This document shows positions 14,437-27,245 of a stretch of DNA of 64,000 nucleotides, piece after piece (positions within the stretch are counted from its first letter, which is position 1; each line of letters opens with the position of its first letter). Under the pieces are notes generated by a model. It made no database searches. It saw only the letters and a program-made list of their open reading frames with translations, and was not told where the DNA came from. The DNA comes from Eledone cirrhosa. Its lineage: Eukaryota. The stretch covers positions 54,560,001-54,624,000 of the forward strand of contig OZ024741.1 in NCBI GenBank assembly GCA_964016885.1, given 5' to 3'. The translations under genes were made by a program, and so were the position numbers.

Positions 14437-14486
14437 CATACATACATACATACATACATACATACATACATACATACATACATACA

Positions 14487-14516
<30 letters not shown>

Positions 14517-14517
<1 letters not shown>

Positions 14518-15770
14518 GTGCCAATTCTAACGCCAACATTTGGCCTACTGAACTGGTCATTGCAAGAACTAAGTGAGATGGATGTTAGAACTCGAAAACT
14601 TCTCAGTGTTACTGGGAACTTTAACATCAATGGTGATGTGGATAGGCTATACTTCTCACGCAAGGAAGGTGGCCGGGGTCTAAAATCAATATTAACAACA
14701 TATGAGACCCGGATAGTAACACTGAAGCAACACCTTCAACAGAGGAAAAACGTTGGCAACCATCTTGCCCAGGTTTATGAGCATGAAAAAAGAAATATCA
14801 TTAGAATAGCGACTGATCTGGAGGAGAGATATGGAATAAAGCCTGATATAAATCTCTCACCCAGAGAAATCGGAAGATCCTATTCAATGTTCAAACAAGA
14901 TTAAAAAATTGACCAATTTACAGAAAAAGTTGTGCAAGGATACTTGAGGCGTAAAACACAGACCATAGAGGGGATAAACCACTCAAAAAGCCTGGCATGG
15001 AGTTCCGACAAGTTTATGACATCACACCTTGAGGGATATCTCTATGCAATACAGGAACAAGAACTCCCTACCAAATATCTGCTGCACAAAAGAGGAGGGC
15101 CAGCAGCTGACAATAAATGTAGGCTATGTAAAACAAAGATCGAGGATGTAAGCCACATTGTTGCCAGCTGCGAAAGAATGTCATCTCGCTACTACCTCCC
15201 CATGAGACACGATGGGATAGCTAGAACCATCTGGAACGCACTTCGGAAAACAAAATTAACAACAAACGAGGAAGAATATATTGAGACAGATAGCACTAAG
15301 GAATACTGGTGGAACCTGAAAATAAAAACTGCCACCAAATTAAAGCACAACCGGCCTGATATTGTTGTTTGGGACCACACATTGAAAACGTGTTCTGTTG
15401 TGGAGATCAGCTGCCCACTTGATGTAAACGTAGTCAGAAAAATACAGGAGAAGGAGGACATCTACTGACCATTGATGAGGAGTTTACAAATCCAGTATCC
15501 AAGATACACCTTTAGCTTCATACCCATCATTATTGGAGCTACGGGTTATATACCAACCCGCTTGGACCAAAGTATGACTGAACTTGGATTTGCGGACAAA
15601 AAGCGCAGCTCCCTAATTCATAGTCTACAAATGGCTGCGATAGCTTGCACCTTCAAAATTTGCAAAACATTCTTGCGATTCAAGGGATGACAATTTCTTT
15701 TCTTTTACAACCTTGCCACCAGGAAGGTGGCCGGTCAAAAAAATATACTCGAAATTAAGAGAAAGAGAAA
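14517..15770 (+). mobile_element. 5'-truncated R4-clade LINE (C-terminal CCHC + RLE) embedded in (CATA)n
   Basis: DVDRLYFSRKEGGRGL, CRLCKTKIEDVSHIVASC, RHD, HNRPDI; (CATA)n on both sides. Confidence 0.9.
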
Positions 15771-15797
15771 ACATACATACGTACATACATACATACA

Positions 15798-15828
<31 letters not shown>

Positions 15829-15896
15829 TTAATACGTAGGCATGTAACCATGACAGAAAATACGTATTTCGATGTAAAGTGTAAAAATAATAAACA

Positions 15897-17150
15897 CATT
15901 TAATCGATTTTCGCCGCAGTCCGGCCCACATCAGAAGACATATTTATCATCCATTTTTAAGAAGTATCCACAGATTCACAGGGTCAACACATATTGGAAA
16001 ACTTGATGTATTCGGGGGGGGGGGGTCAAAATATCTCAAGTTATGAATGTATGTATAGTATATTTGATAATATACTGAAAGTCTATCTAAATTTTAATTT
16101 ATTTTGGAATTTTTAATCACCTTGTCCTTCTATCGCCATATATAGCTTGAAAGTGTTTTGCAATTCCATGTCTCTTTGTTTCGAAAATCTAAGAAGAGCA
16201 AGTGTAGTAGAAGCTTTTGAAATTTACCTCGATCCTTCTCATGCAGCGTCTTGTAGTGATGCGATTGTTATTTTTATAGTTAATTGTTTTTCTTTCTTTA
16301 GTAGAATGGATTAAAACTTATACGTTGTAGGGAGCATCACTCTTTACGTTTGCATGGGCACCATGTATTATCTTGGTGAGAATCAGTAAATTTTTGGAAA
16401 AGATATCTTTAATGTTGGCTGCACAGATCTTGCTAATCTTGATTGTGTTACGATTGAATAATTTCTGGAATCTGGGGTTTAATTAGTTGTGTGTGTCAAT
16501 AAGAATAGAAATGTATGTGCCAATGAGAACAGAAATGTTTTTCTATACTGGAGTTGTCATTTTGAGAGAAGGCTTACTTATGTGTAATTTTGGGGTGTAT
16601 AGGAGAGAAATTAATATTACCATTCAATCCGATATAATTTAATGAGTTATCGTTATTCATCGCTGTGTCCCGATAGCTCAGAAATTATTTTCCTTACGTT
16701 AGTAATTATTTTTATACCATACATCAATGATGGCATTTATATTGACGTATATGTGCTTTTTTATTAGTATAATAAAACACCTAACTATCGTGTCTTAGAC
16801 CAATTGGAAAGATATCCCTTTTGTGTGAGAAACATTTTTCTAATTCAAACATTTTAAATAATTACGTTCGAATATTTTCCAAAGATGTTTTGAAAATGAG
16901 GAAACATAATTTATTATAGCCAACTATACCGTAGTAAACATAAATAATGTTTCATCCAAGGATATTATACCCTTAATAAGAAAACACTATTGGTAGTAGC
17001 TACAGTTCCCTCCAAGGAAAGTAATGAAGATAACTCCATGATTTAGATGCTTTAAGTATTAAACGACAAAATGCACTGGAGAATGAGTTTGTTAATTGGT
17101 AAATCCGGTGACAATTCCAAATGTGTTAAATTTCTTATTAATTTTAAACA
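15897..17150 (-). mobile_element. Highly degenerate PLE remnant with decayed HHR (15897-15936)
   Basis: Weak GIY-YIG-like peptide traces on the minus strand; CTGATGT..gcc..ggc-GAAA-atcgat-TA motif. Confidence 0.35.
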
Positions 17151-17236
17151 TGTACAACCATGACTTTGAGAAAATATAATTTGTTGTGTGGAAATTATTT
17201 ACTAATTAGACCATTTAAAATAATGACATGAGAAAG

Positions 17237-17426
17237 AATTGTTTCTACGTTTTGGCACAAGGCCAGCAATTACCTAGTGCATTACTGTTACTTTATTTTA
17301 TCGACACCGTAAGGATGAAAGGCAAAGTTAACCTCGGCGAGATTTGAACTCAGAATGGCAAGGGCCGTAACTCTATACGTCAAAGCATGGCGTCCGACCC
17401 TCTACCGATACTGCCAATCCACCGCC
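17237..17426 (-). mobile_element. tRNA-derived SINE
   Basis: Reverse-complement copy of 11668-11852. Confidence 0.9.
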
Positions 17427-17780
17427 CTCGGTGAGAAATAATGATGACTTCTCAGTCATTCTAAGATCTGATAAGTGCATGTGAAACTACAGTTTGCCGA
17501 CGGGGTTTAATTAGGCAGTAGATATAATCGCATAAACTTCACAGATCACTTTAATTAGAAAAGACAGACTCTCCCGAGTTTGAATGTCTCCATTTATTGC
17601 TCAGTCTATTTAATTTTTAAAGTTTTCTCCCGTGTATTCCTTGAGAAGAATTATCAAGAACACTAGCATCTGAAATCAATTAAACATGACATTTTGGCTC
17701 ACTTGGTTTACATCAAACATGCTAGCCTGCACAAGTATACAACTGCGTATATGCACACACACGCATACGTATATATTTAT

Positions 17781-17856
<76 letters not shown>

Positions 17857-18310
17857 AATACACACACATATACACAAATACACACACACATACACATGTA
17901 TATTATATATATATATATATATATATCAAAGGTATATATTGAGTTAGAAACTCAAAATAGTCTCTTACAATAAAATAGCTCTAGGAAAGAGATTTTTCCG
18001 AGCCGTATATTATAATAGAATATAAAAGAAAAACGAACACCAAGAGCAATACCGATTTTTAATATACTTAGAAGTGTCTAGGATACTAATTCTTCAACAC
18101 TTCACAATTAATTTTGCGAAACAGCATAACCAAAGCTGTATGGGTGATTGGTAGTTATCACAATTCCGGTTTGTATTTATTTTCTTGATTTATTCTTAAA
18201 TTGAGTCTGGCAAACCCTATTATCTATTGTTAGTATTCTTTTCACCTTAGCGAATCTGCTCCCTTACGATTTGAACACATATATGTATATATCTGTGTTC
18301 GTTTTTCTTT

Positions 18311-18385
<75 letters not shown>

Positions 18386-18499
18386 CATAAATACATATGT
18401 ATATATACACATATATACATATATATAAAGAGATGCATACATTCATTCACACATACATACGTACATACATATATGCATGCACGACTACATACATACATA

Positions 18500-18640
18500 C
18501 ACACATACATACACACATGCATACATACATATCTACCTAGTTGATGTTGTGTAAATTCCAATGAGAGAGTCTTGTGTCTATGTTAGAAACCGACTCTCTC
18601 TCTATTGGCAAAAATTTGTGAAATTATAAAACCAGAAGAA
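18500..18640 (+). mobile_element. 3'-UTR-only copy of the R4-clade LINE, in (CATA)n
   Basis: Near-identical to ~14300-14436. Confidence 0.85.
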
Positions 18641-19351
18641 CATACATACATACATACATACATACATACATACATACATACATACATACATACATACATA
18701 CATACATACATACATACATAGACATATTGAACAGGTAGAAAATGGCGGAGCTTTAGCGTGTTAATGTTTATGCATATATGTTATAAGTGTGCGTGTATTG
18801 GGACGTAAATATTTCTATGATGTAGAAATGTATATATGTTTAGGATCATGCTTAAACCGCGTGGAATCGAGGACAGTGGAATGATTGGCGGATGGATGTC
18901 GGCAGTGGAGGCGTCTGTAATTTAATCACGTGGCTCTGCTCTTCATTCTCAACAACAATACCATCAGAGGAAGATTTCTTCAATGGGATCAGAGCCAGTC
19001 AAGGGTTATTAAACGATAACTCTGAATAGCTCTTCACCATTTGACCGGAGATGACCACCTTAATAGGTAGAATATACTTAACCACTTTAAGGAACTTACT
19101 GCAGTTGCTGCGCTGTGCGATCGTTAATGGTTAATGGCTAATAGCAAGCTTTTAAAGATACAGGGCTGGTGACAGGGTGTTTGGTATGGGCTAAGTGTTA
19201 TCGAAAGAGTAGGAAGGAGCAAGATCGTCGATATCAATGGTTTTAAAACTTCAACCAGTGTTCAATATTTTACAGTATTCTCCGAAGTGATATATGGCAG
19301 TTAACCACAACCTGTAACCTCTGATCCTTTTCTGCTGGACATTGCTTACAT

Positions 19352-19399
<48 letters not shown>

Positions 19400-20479
19400 T
19401 ACACACACACACACACACACACACACACGCGCACACACACACACTACGCACACACACACACATACTACGCACGCACACACACACACACACATACTACGCA
19501 CACACACAAACACACACACACACATACCCACATTCACACACATACTCACACACACACATACACACACACACACTCGCACACACATACTACGCACACACAC
19601 TTACACACATACTCACACACACACAAATACTCGCACACACATACACACATACTCACACACACACGCATACTCACACACACACACACCTGCACACACTCAA
19701 ACATACAAAAAACGCACAATCACATACTTACACACGCATACACACACTCATCAATATAGGAACATATAAGTGTATATATTTCGTGTGTGTTTATTTGTAC
19801 ATGTATGTATATAGGTAGCTATAACCTTATAATCTATACACACTGTACACACTCACTACTCACATACATACACACACATATGCATGTATGTATGTAGATA
19901 TATATGTATGTATTTATTTATTTATGTATGCATGTGTGTGTATACATGTATATGTGCATGCATGTATGTATGTATGTATGTATGTATGTATGTATGTATG
20001 TATGTATGTATGTATGTATGTATGAATGTATGTGTATGTATGTATCTATGGGAGTGAAGGACCACTAGCCTTTGTCAGGGAGACAGGAGAAGGCAACTCA
20101 GGAAACTGGGATAACTCTGACATAAAACCTGCGGCTCAGTAGTTACCAATGATGTTGAACTTTTCTTCTTTTCGGGTTATGGCTACATTCGCTCAGAGAG
20201 TGGGATTGGCTCAGTGCACAGTCTTTCCCCACTTTCACAAAAATCTTGATGCACAGGCATTGTACGATAGAATTAATTGATAATTATTAATAATGTTATA
20301 TCGTGCAATGGCCATACTCGATAACGTGGGGGCAGTCATCATCTTTGTATGTATGTATGTATGTATGTATGTATATATGTATGTATGTATATATATGTAT
20401 GCATGTGTAAGTATGTATGTATGCCGTAATCTTAGTGGGGCTTATGTCCGTATCGGGACACTGCAGATATGATCTTCAG

Positions 20480-21380
20480 TGAGTGACTGATGTAGAAGTA
20501 AAAGGAGTAAAAGCTTCATCTGTATAATTGCTTTACTGATCTCAAGAAGACCTTTGACAATAGACAAGACCTTTGGAGTATATTACTGAAGCTGGGATAC
20601 ACGGAGAAGTTTACAGAGCTTATTTGTTCCTTTCATGATGACACGAGGCTGTGGATTTGCGCCAGTCATGAGATCTCAGTTAAGACAGGCTTGAAATAGC
20701 AGCTGACTCCAGCTTTGTTTGCCATCTTCTTTGCAGTTGCTTTGTTAAAAGCTTTCCCCAACACCGATGTTGGCATATCGAACATCATGGAGGTTATTTA
20801 ACATCCGACAATTCCTGCTGTAACACAAACATATATTACACTTATACGTGATCTACTTTATGCAAACAACTGTAATGTTGTTAGCCAGGCGATAGAAGAC
20901 CTTCAATTTCTGATGGACTGCTTCTCAGCAATGTGTGATAGGTTTGTGCTGACAACCAGCCTGAAAAGAAAACAGTGATGATGTACCACCATCCATATCT
21001 CTCAAAGGGCTAATATTGAAGGTTTGTGTTAAGTTCTTCTAACTGAGTTGAACTCTCGCTAGAATCGGCACCTTTGATGAAGAGGAAAGTTATCGGCTGT
21101 CCAAAGCTTTCGGTGCTTTTAGTAAACTGGAGAAGCGCCTGTCGCCAAGGTCAAATATCAGTGTCCACACAAAAGTTGAAGTGTACCAGGCATGTGTTCT
21201 TACAGCCTTGCTGTATGGATGTGAAACATGGACAAGATAGTGTGGGCATATCCAGCACCTCGAACGTTTCCACTAACAATGCTTGCACTCCATCCGGAAA
21301 ACCACGTGGAGATATCATACACAAGACACTGATGTGTTGCAGTGGGTCTATCTGGCACACATTGAGATCAGGATTATGAA
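20480..21380 (+). mobile_element. Degenerate RTE-clade LINE RT fragment
   Basis: FTDLKKTFD, DLLYA(NN)C and KVEVYQACVLTALLYGCETW motifs, with frameshifts. Confidence 0.75.
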
Positions 21381-21384
21381 ATAG

Positions 21385-21675
21385 CGTCGATGATATAAAG
21401 TACCAGTTAAGTACTAGGGTCGGTACAATCGAGGTTTTGTACCTCACAAAATGCTGGCCTTGTACGTAAATTAGAAATCATTATTGATGGATTGGCAGTA
21501 TCGCTAGAGGCTCGGACGCTATGCTTTGCAGCATAGAGTTACGACCCTTTATGATCTGAGTTCAAATCCCGCCGAGGTTAAATTTGCCTTTCATCCTTAC
21601 GGGGTCGATAAAATAAAATACCAGTAATACACTGGGATAATTGTTGGCCTTGTGCCAAAAGTAGAAAGAATTATT
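21385..21675 (+). mobile_element. SINE (21488-21675) preceded by a SINE 3' fragment
   Basis: Same family as 11668. Confidence 0.85.
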
Positions 21676-21991
21676 AAAGAGGTTGATTTGCAGTATCTAT
21701 AGGTCGTAGGAAAAAATGTTTTTCCAGCATTTAGTTACAATTTTCTACGGTTTGAGTTCAAACGACACTGTGGTAAACTTTGCCTTTCTTCTTCTGCAAT
21801 GAATGAAATAATGTTCCTGTTAAGGACAAAGGTTAATATAATCGAGGTTCCCATTCCTCCAATTGCTAGCGTTGTTCCAACGTTAAAAAAATGATTTACT
21901 TGTTTTATGTCATCAATGTGCACCACTGACGTAGCTCGACCCACACACCAGACACAAACTTCACCTCCGAGAAGTGTCGGAATATGTATAC

Positions 21992-22027
<36 letters not shown>

Positions 22028-22574
22028 TAAAATAACAGATTAAAGTTTAAGTAAAGAATCGCTGCTTTCACCCTTAACGGGATCTTCTAAAACTAAAAGA
22101 AAATCAATCTGTGAACGCAGAAATAAATATTTCGAAAAACGTTGCAACCGAAGGAAAACAGGAAGACGATACTTAGGTTCATGAAGACGTTCCCTTGCAA
22201 TGAACGGAAAACACCGAAGATAATACGTCATTATGTGGAGCGGTGAGAACAATTACACACAAAGACAAAACCACGTTTATGGTATAAATGAAGTCGTAGA
22301 CTAATATTATATTTAGGAACCCGAATGATTCTCGGCTTCAGAGTTAAGAATAATGTAAATAAATTAGTACAACGAAAATGGCAGACGTTATTAAAATCAA
22401 TAATAATTAAATATATACATACACGCATTTATATACGTACATATACGTGCTTACGCGAAAACACCCACCATGCATGCATAAATACGCGCACACATACATA
22501 AACCCGCGTGACACATATATCTACACATACGAACGTATACACCAAATACACATTAAAATATATATATATTAAAA

Positions 22575-23215
22575 TATAAAATCAAGAGAAAGCAAATAAA
22601 GAAAAAAATTTTATATAAATTTCAAAAAATTCACAGTACTTACTATATGTGCCTTTACCGCGGTTTCAGATCCCAAACAAATAGATAACCCAAGCGGATT
22701 TCCATTGAGAAAGAGATCCTCGTCAGAAGGCTTTTATCTCTCGGAGAATATAAAATTCCCGAGTTCAAATTACAAACTGGCGCCATACAAAACTGTCCCA
22801 GCAAATGAATGATGAAACAATCTTGGCTAGTACCGTGTGCAAAGACTGAAAGCAAGGTGGACAGGTCAATCTCTTGCTACTAAAAATAGCAGCCGTCCAA
22901 ATGACCAAAGGTTACTCTACCGTTGGGGAGAATAATAATAAAAGTATGAGTTCGTACGTGTAAATAAAACACATAGTGATACAAGTATAGTCCGACCATA
23001 TGCCAGTGTGGTTCAATGGCAAGTTAATAAATTAACAAGCCAGAACATATAAAATCAAGGGAAAGCAAATAAAGAAAAAAATGTTAAATACATTTCCAAA
23101 AATGCACTGTACTTACTATATGTGCCTTTACCGCGGTTTCAGATCCGAATTTATTAACTTGCCATTGAACCACACTGGCATACGGTCGGATTATACTTGT
23201 ATCCCTATATGTATT
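22575..23215 (-). mobile_element. PLE pseudo-LTR-like insertion: inverted arm + partial tandem + full unit
   Basis: 22965-23033 is inverted at 23148-23215; 22575-22673 is directly repeated at 23047-23147. Confidence 0.75.
22651..22731 (-). ncRNA. Type I hammerhead ribozyme with palindromic helix III
   Basis: Minus strand: gcctt-CTGACGA-ggatctc...gggatct-GAAA-ccgcgg-TA-aaggc. Confidence 0.88.
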
Positions 23216-23260
23216 ATTTACATGTAGGAACACATACTTTTATTATATATATATATATCT

Positions 23261-23319
<59 letters not shown>

Positions 23320-23326
23320 CGTGTGT

Positions 23327-23363
<37 letters not shown>

Positions 23364-23599
23364 CATATAATATATAAACGTATATAAATATACACACATA
23401 AATACGTATATAGCGCACACACACACAAACACGAAATACACATAGCAATATACACATATACCAGTATATATAATATAATATACATAGGGATACACCTATA
23501 ACAAATACAAGCATATATACGTACGAGAAAGTATACGCACCTTCACAAAACATACGGGTAAGATATACTTACTTATACAAATAAGTAATGGTATAAACA

Positions 23600-25659
23600 A
23601 AATATACTTAGCTACCACATCAAGACGTAAATTATCCGCGTATTGTACTATCCGTTAGGGTATAATGTGGGGCTGTAATACAGGAAAGTTTTATGCAATT
23701 TGTGTTTACAAGCCGAAATTGCCTCAGATTTTTTGTTTAAGATGAAGTCATTGGTGTAGAGTATTTCCAGGGCTTCAGCGGCGCAAAGATCGCATGGTCT
23801 TTTATTTCCGTTATACGATCTAGCTTTAGCTACGATCTCCCAGTGTAACCTATATTGGGTGTGGTTGTCTTTTAGACTCCAGATCTGAAGCTGAAAGTGA
23901 CGTCATATTCCTTCTTGAAGGGTTAAGAAAAGAATGGGTGTGCATGTAAAACGCTGCTTGATTCTATTGGCGGTTAACCCTGTGTAGGCCCCACGGGACG
24001 TGGGTGTTTCGACCTTACATTTGTAAACAATGTTACTGTAGAGGCATTTCCCGGATAGAGGCAGTCAACCCGATTCCTACAATTACAGTTAGTACTAGCT
24101 ATAGGGTTGTACGTGTTACTACGGCTAGGTAATTTAGCTAAATTTGAAGCAGTGATGTTATGTGCAAGGTTAGGAGTCGTAGAGTAAGATATTTTAATGT
24201 TATTTCTATTAAAAATGTTATTATATTTATGTGCTGAGGGGAAATGCTTCTTAATATGGGAGAGAAAGATCTTAGCTAATGGTGTGGCCACCTCCATATC
24301 ATATGGTAGGTTATACCACATAATACGTAGGGATCTATTTTTCCTTGGCCTATGCTCATACTAGTGTATGCTAACTTATCGACAAATCCACTCCGAGCAA
24401 GAGCTTCATTGTAATATGTGGAATGGTCGGTGAAAATATGCTCTTTGTAGATAGACGGGAAGCCTCAAAATAACGTTTCTTACCAGGTTCTTGGTTATGC
24501 TGGCGGGATAGTTAGAATGCTTACTTATGTAATTAAGCGTATCATTCGGCTTTCTATATGGGTAGTGCAAGCCATTCGACAAATTGAGGGTAACGTCGAG
24601 GTAATTAACGACCGAGAGGTTGGCCTCAACCTGTATGGAGAGGTTGAAGCCTTTAAAGTAGGCTGTGAGTTCTTTTCTGAACCTGTCGCAAGCGCGTGGA
24701 CCGCACTCTGTCATGGTCAAAAGACCGTCATCACGTTACAAACCACCGCCCACGTTGGGGAATTCTTCCTTGATAGAGAAAAGAAGGAAAAGGCCAATAA
24801 CATCTGTAACCTCCGCCGAATCGCTGGCGCCCATACTCACGTCGAATGGGGTACTATTAGATTTTTTAAATCCAAATAGAGTCATCGAAATTAATCACCG
24901 ACTTACGGGCATTGAGGATGACATCAACTTCGAAATCCTTAACAAGCGTGAGCGTTTTAGCGAAATTGATAGCTCTAAGAAGTGGTAAAGTGATGGAGGA
25001 GTAGTAGTTAATGTCGAATCGGATGAAACGGCAATGTTCCTTGTTGCATATGCCATTGAACGAATCAATCACTGCGAAAGAATTGTTCCACAGTGCAAGA
25101 GGAGCCAAACTTCTAATTTCAGGTATAATTCTATCTAAAATACTTTTACTAAGTCTACCTAAATCAGACTTCGTAGGGTTAGTTAGCCGAATAGAGGGGT
25201 TGTTGGCGAAATTGTGTTTGTGATCCTTCAGTGTCCAGAGGTTCAGTCCGGTCCTAGATATTGAGTTCCGAAGTGATTTTAAACCCAGCATCGTTAATGT
25301 CCTTAATGACACTCCGATTGGGTTTCCGGTAATCCTTAATTACAGCATTATGTAGCAGTTGATGGTAAGTACTGCATTCCACTTAATATAGATTGCCAGT
25401 TTTATCGGAATGGACGTGCACGGCATTAGAATCCTTAATAGAACGAATTCTATTCTTTAAGTCCAGGTGGAAGGAATTGCTCCTATTCCGAACTTTGATA
25501 CACCGTATGAGTTCCAAGACATCGTTTTCGAATGGTAGCAATGCTGGGTTACTCGGAGGGTTATTATAAATTTTAAACCCAAATTTATCCTGTTTATTGC
25601 CCGCTTTTTCCTGGTTATCGAAATAAAGGGAACGCCAACGCAACCTTTTAAAGAACGAA

Positions 25660-25662
<3 letters not shown>
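23600..25662 (-). mobile_element. Penelope-like element, disrupted RT + GIY-YIG
   Basis: FFKRLRWR, SDKTGNLY, RLTNPTKSDLG, VNYLDVTL..YRKP, CNCR and C-terminal CDLC..E..LNKKSE motifs. Confidence 0.88.
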
Positions 25663-25705
<43 letters not shown>

Positions 25706-25718
25706 ATATATACATATG

Positions 25719-25794
<76 letters not shown>

Positions 25795-26247
25795 GAAAAG
25801 TGCCAATTTATTTTCTCATCACATTGTACTCACATCATTAGATACGAACGAAAATGTTACAAATCTTTTCACCAGTGCGATAATATATGTCATTATGATA
25901 CACTAGTAAAAGTAAATCCAATATATGGTCCATTCAATTTACAGAACACGCCCACGAAATTATACATTACGTACAACACCGGATTTACAATTTGGTGACT
26001 GTGTCATCAACCTTCATATACATTTAAACAGTGTGGCTATGGAAATACGTATGAAACCAACATTGGCTAAATGCTATATATCGAATAAATGCAAGTAAAC
26101 AGTAAGTTGTTACAAGACCATCATTTAATCGCAATCATGAAAACGCAGACACGGTGTATGTATGCACGTATGTGTGTATGTATTTAAGTACGTATGCACG
26201 CATGTATATATGTATGTATATATATATTTGTTTGCACCCTCTACATT

Positions 26248-26352
<105 letters not shown>

Positions 26353-26406
26353 CGACTAATCATATACAAATATATTCTTAATATATATATGTATATATAT
26401 AACGAC

Positions 26407-26452
<46 letters not shown>

Positions 26453-26959
26453 TACATATATACATATATATATATATATAGAAGGGACAAGGGCTGTGTG
26501 GTGATTAGTCGTTCTAAATTTCTCTGGAAATTATAAACGATATAAACACTAAGTATTTTTTTTTTATATATATAATTTTTTGTTGTTGTCATTGCTTTTG
26601 TTATATATTCGGTGATAGTTGGTGGTTGGGAGGAGGGGAGTTACTAAATTAAAGCTGATCTGTTTGAAAATATCGAAGACATACATTAGAAAAAAAATAT
26701 TCTACTAAATTAAACAAAACAAATCTATAATTTACTTTTCGTCCTTTCGACGAAATAAGAAAAATAATCAATAGAAGTTGAACATAAATCTTATGCTATG
26801 TCTTTCTTATGTTTTTGTTTACTGTTTAATTTTGATTTCATATTTTCAATTCAGTTCATATCGTTGTTGTCGTTATTGTCTTTGTTGTTGTTGCTGTCTG
26901 TATTGTTGTTCTTATTGTCCGTATTTGTGGTTTAGGGGTAACATTGGGTGAAATAATGA

Positions 26960-27180
26960 TAATTGTTTATAGTTTAGGCACAAGGCCAGCAATTTGATGA
27001 AGCGGGGAAAGTCGATTAAATCGACGCCAGTGCATTATCGGTGTTTTTTTTTATTGACTCCGTAGGAATGAAAGGTAAAGCTAACTTCAGTGGGATTTAA
27101 ACTCAAAATGTAAAAGGCCGTAACTCTGTGGTACATAACATGATATCCGAAGCTCCACTGATTCTGCCAATCTACCGCGT
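26960..27180 (-). mobile_element. Diverged SINE
   Basis: GGCACAAGGCCAGCAATT tail and GATGAAAGG-like core shared with the other SINE copies. Confidence 0.75.
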
Positions 27181-27184
27181 TCAC

Positions 27185-27235
<51 letters not shown>

Positions 27236-27245
27236 CATAATATTA

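Noticed and set aside
22176-22220. HHR-like ATGAAGA-cgttc..gaacg-GAAA
   Set aside because: C3 and the UH/helix III region are degenerate; at best a dead relic.
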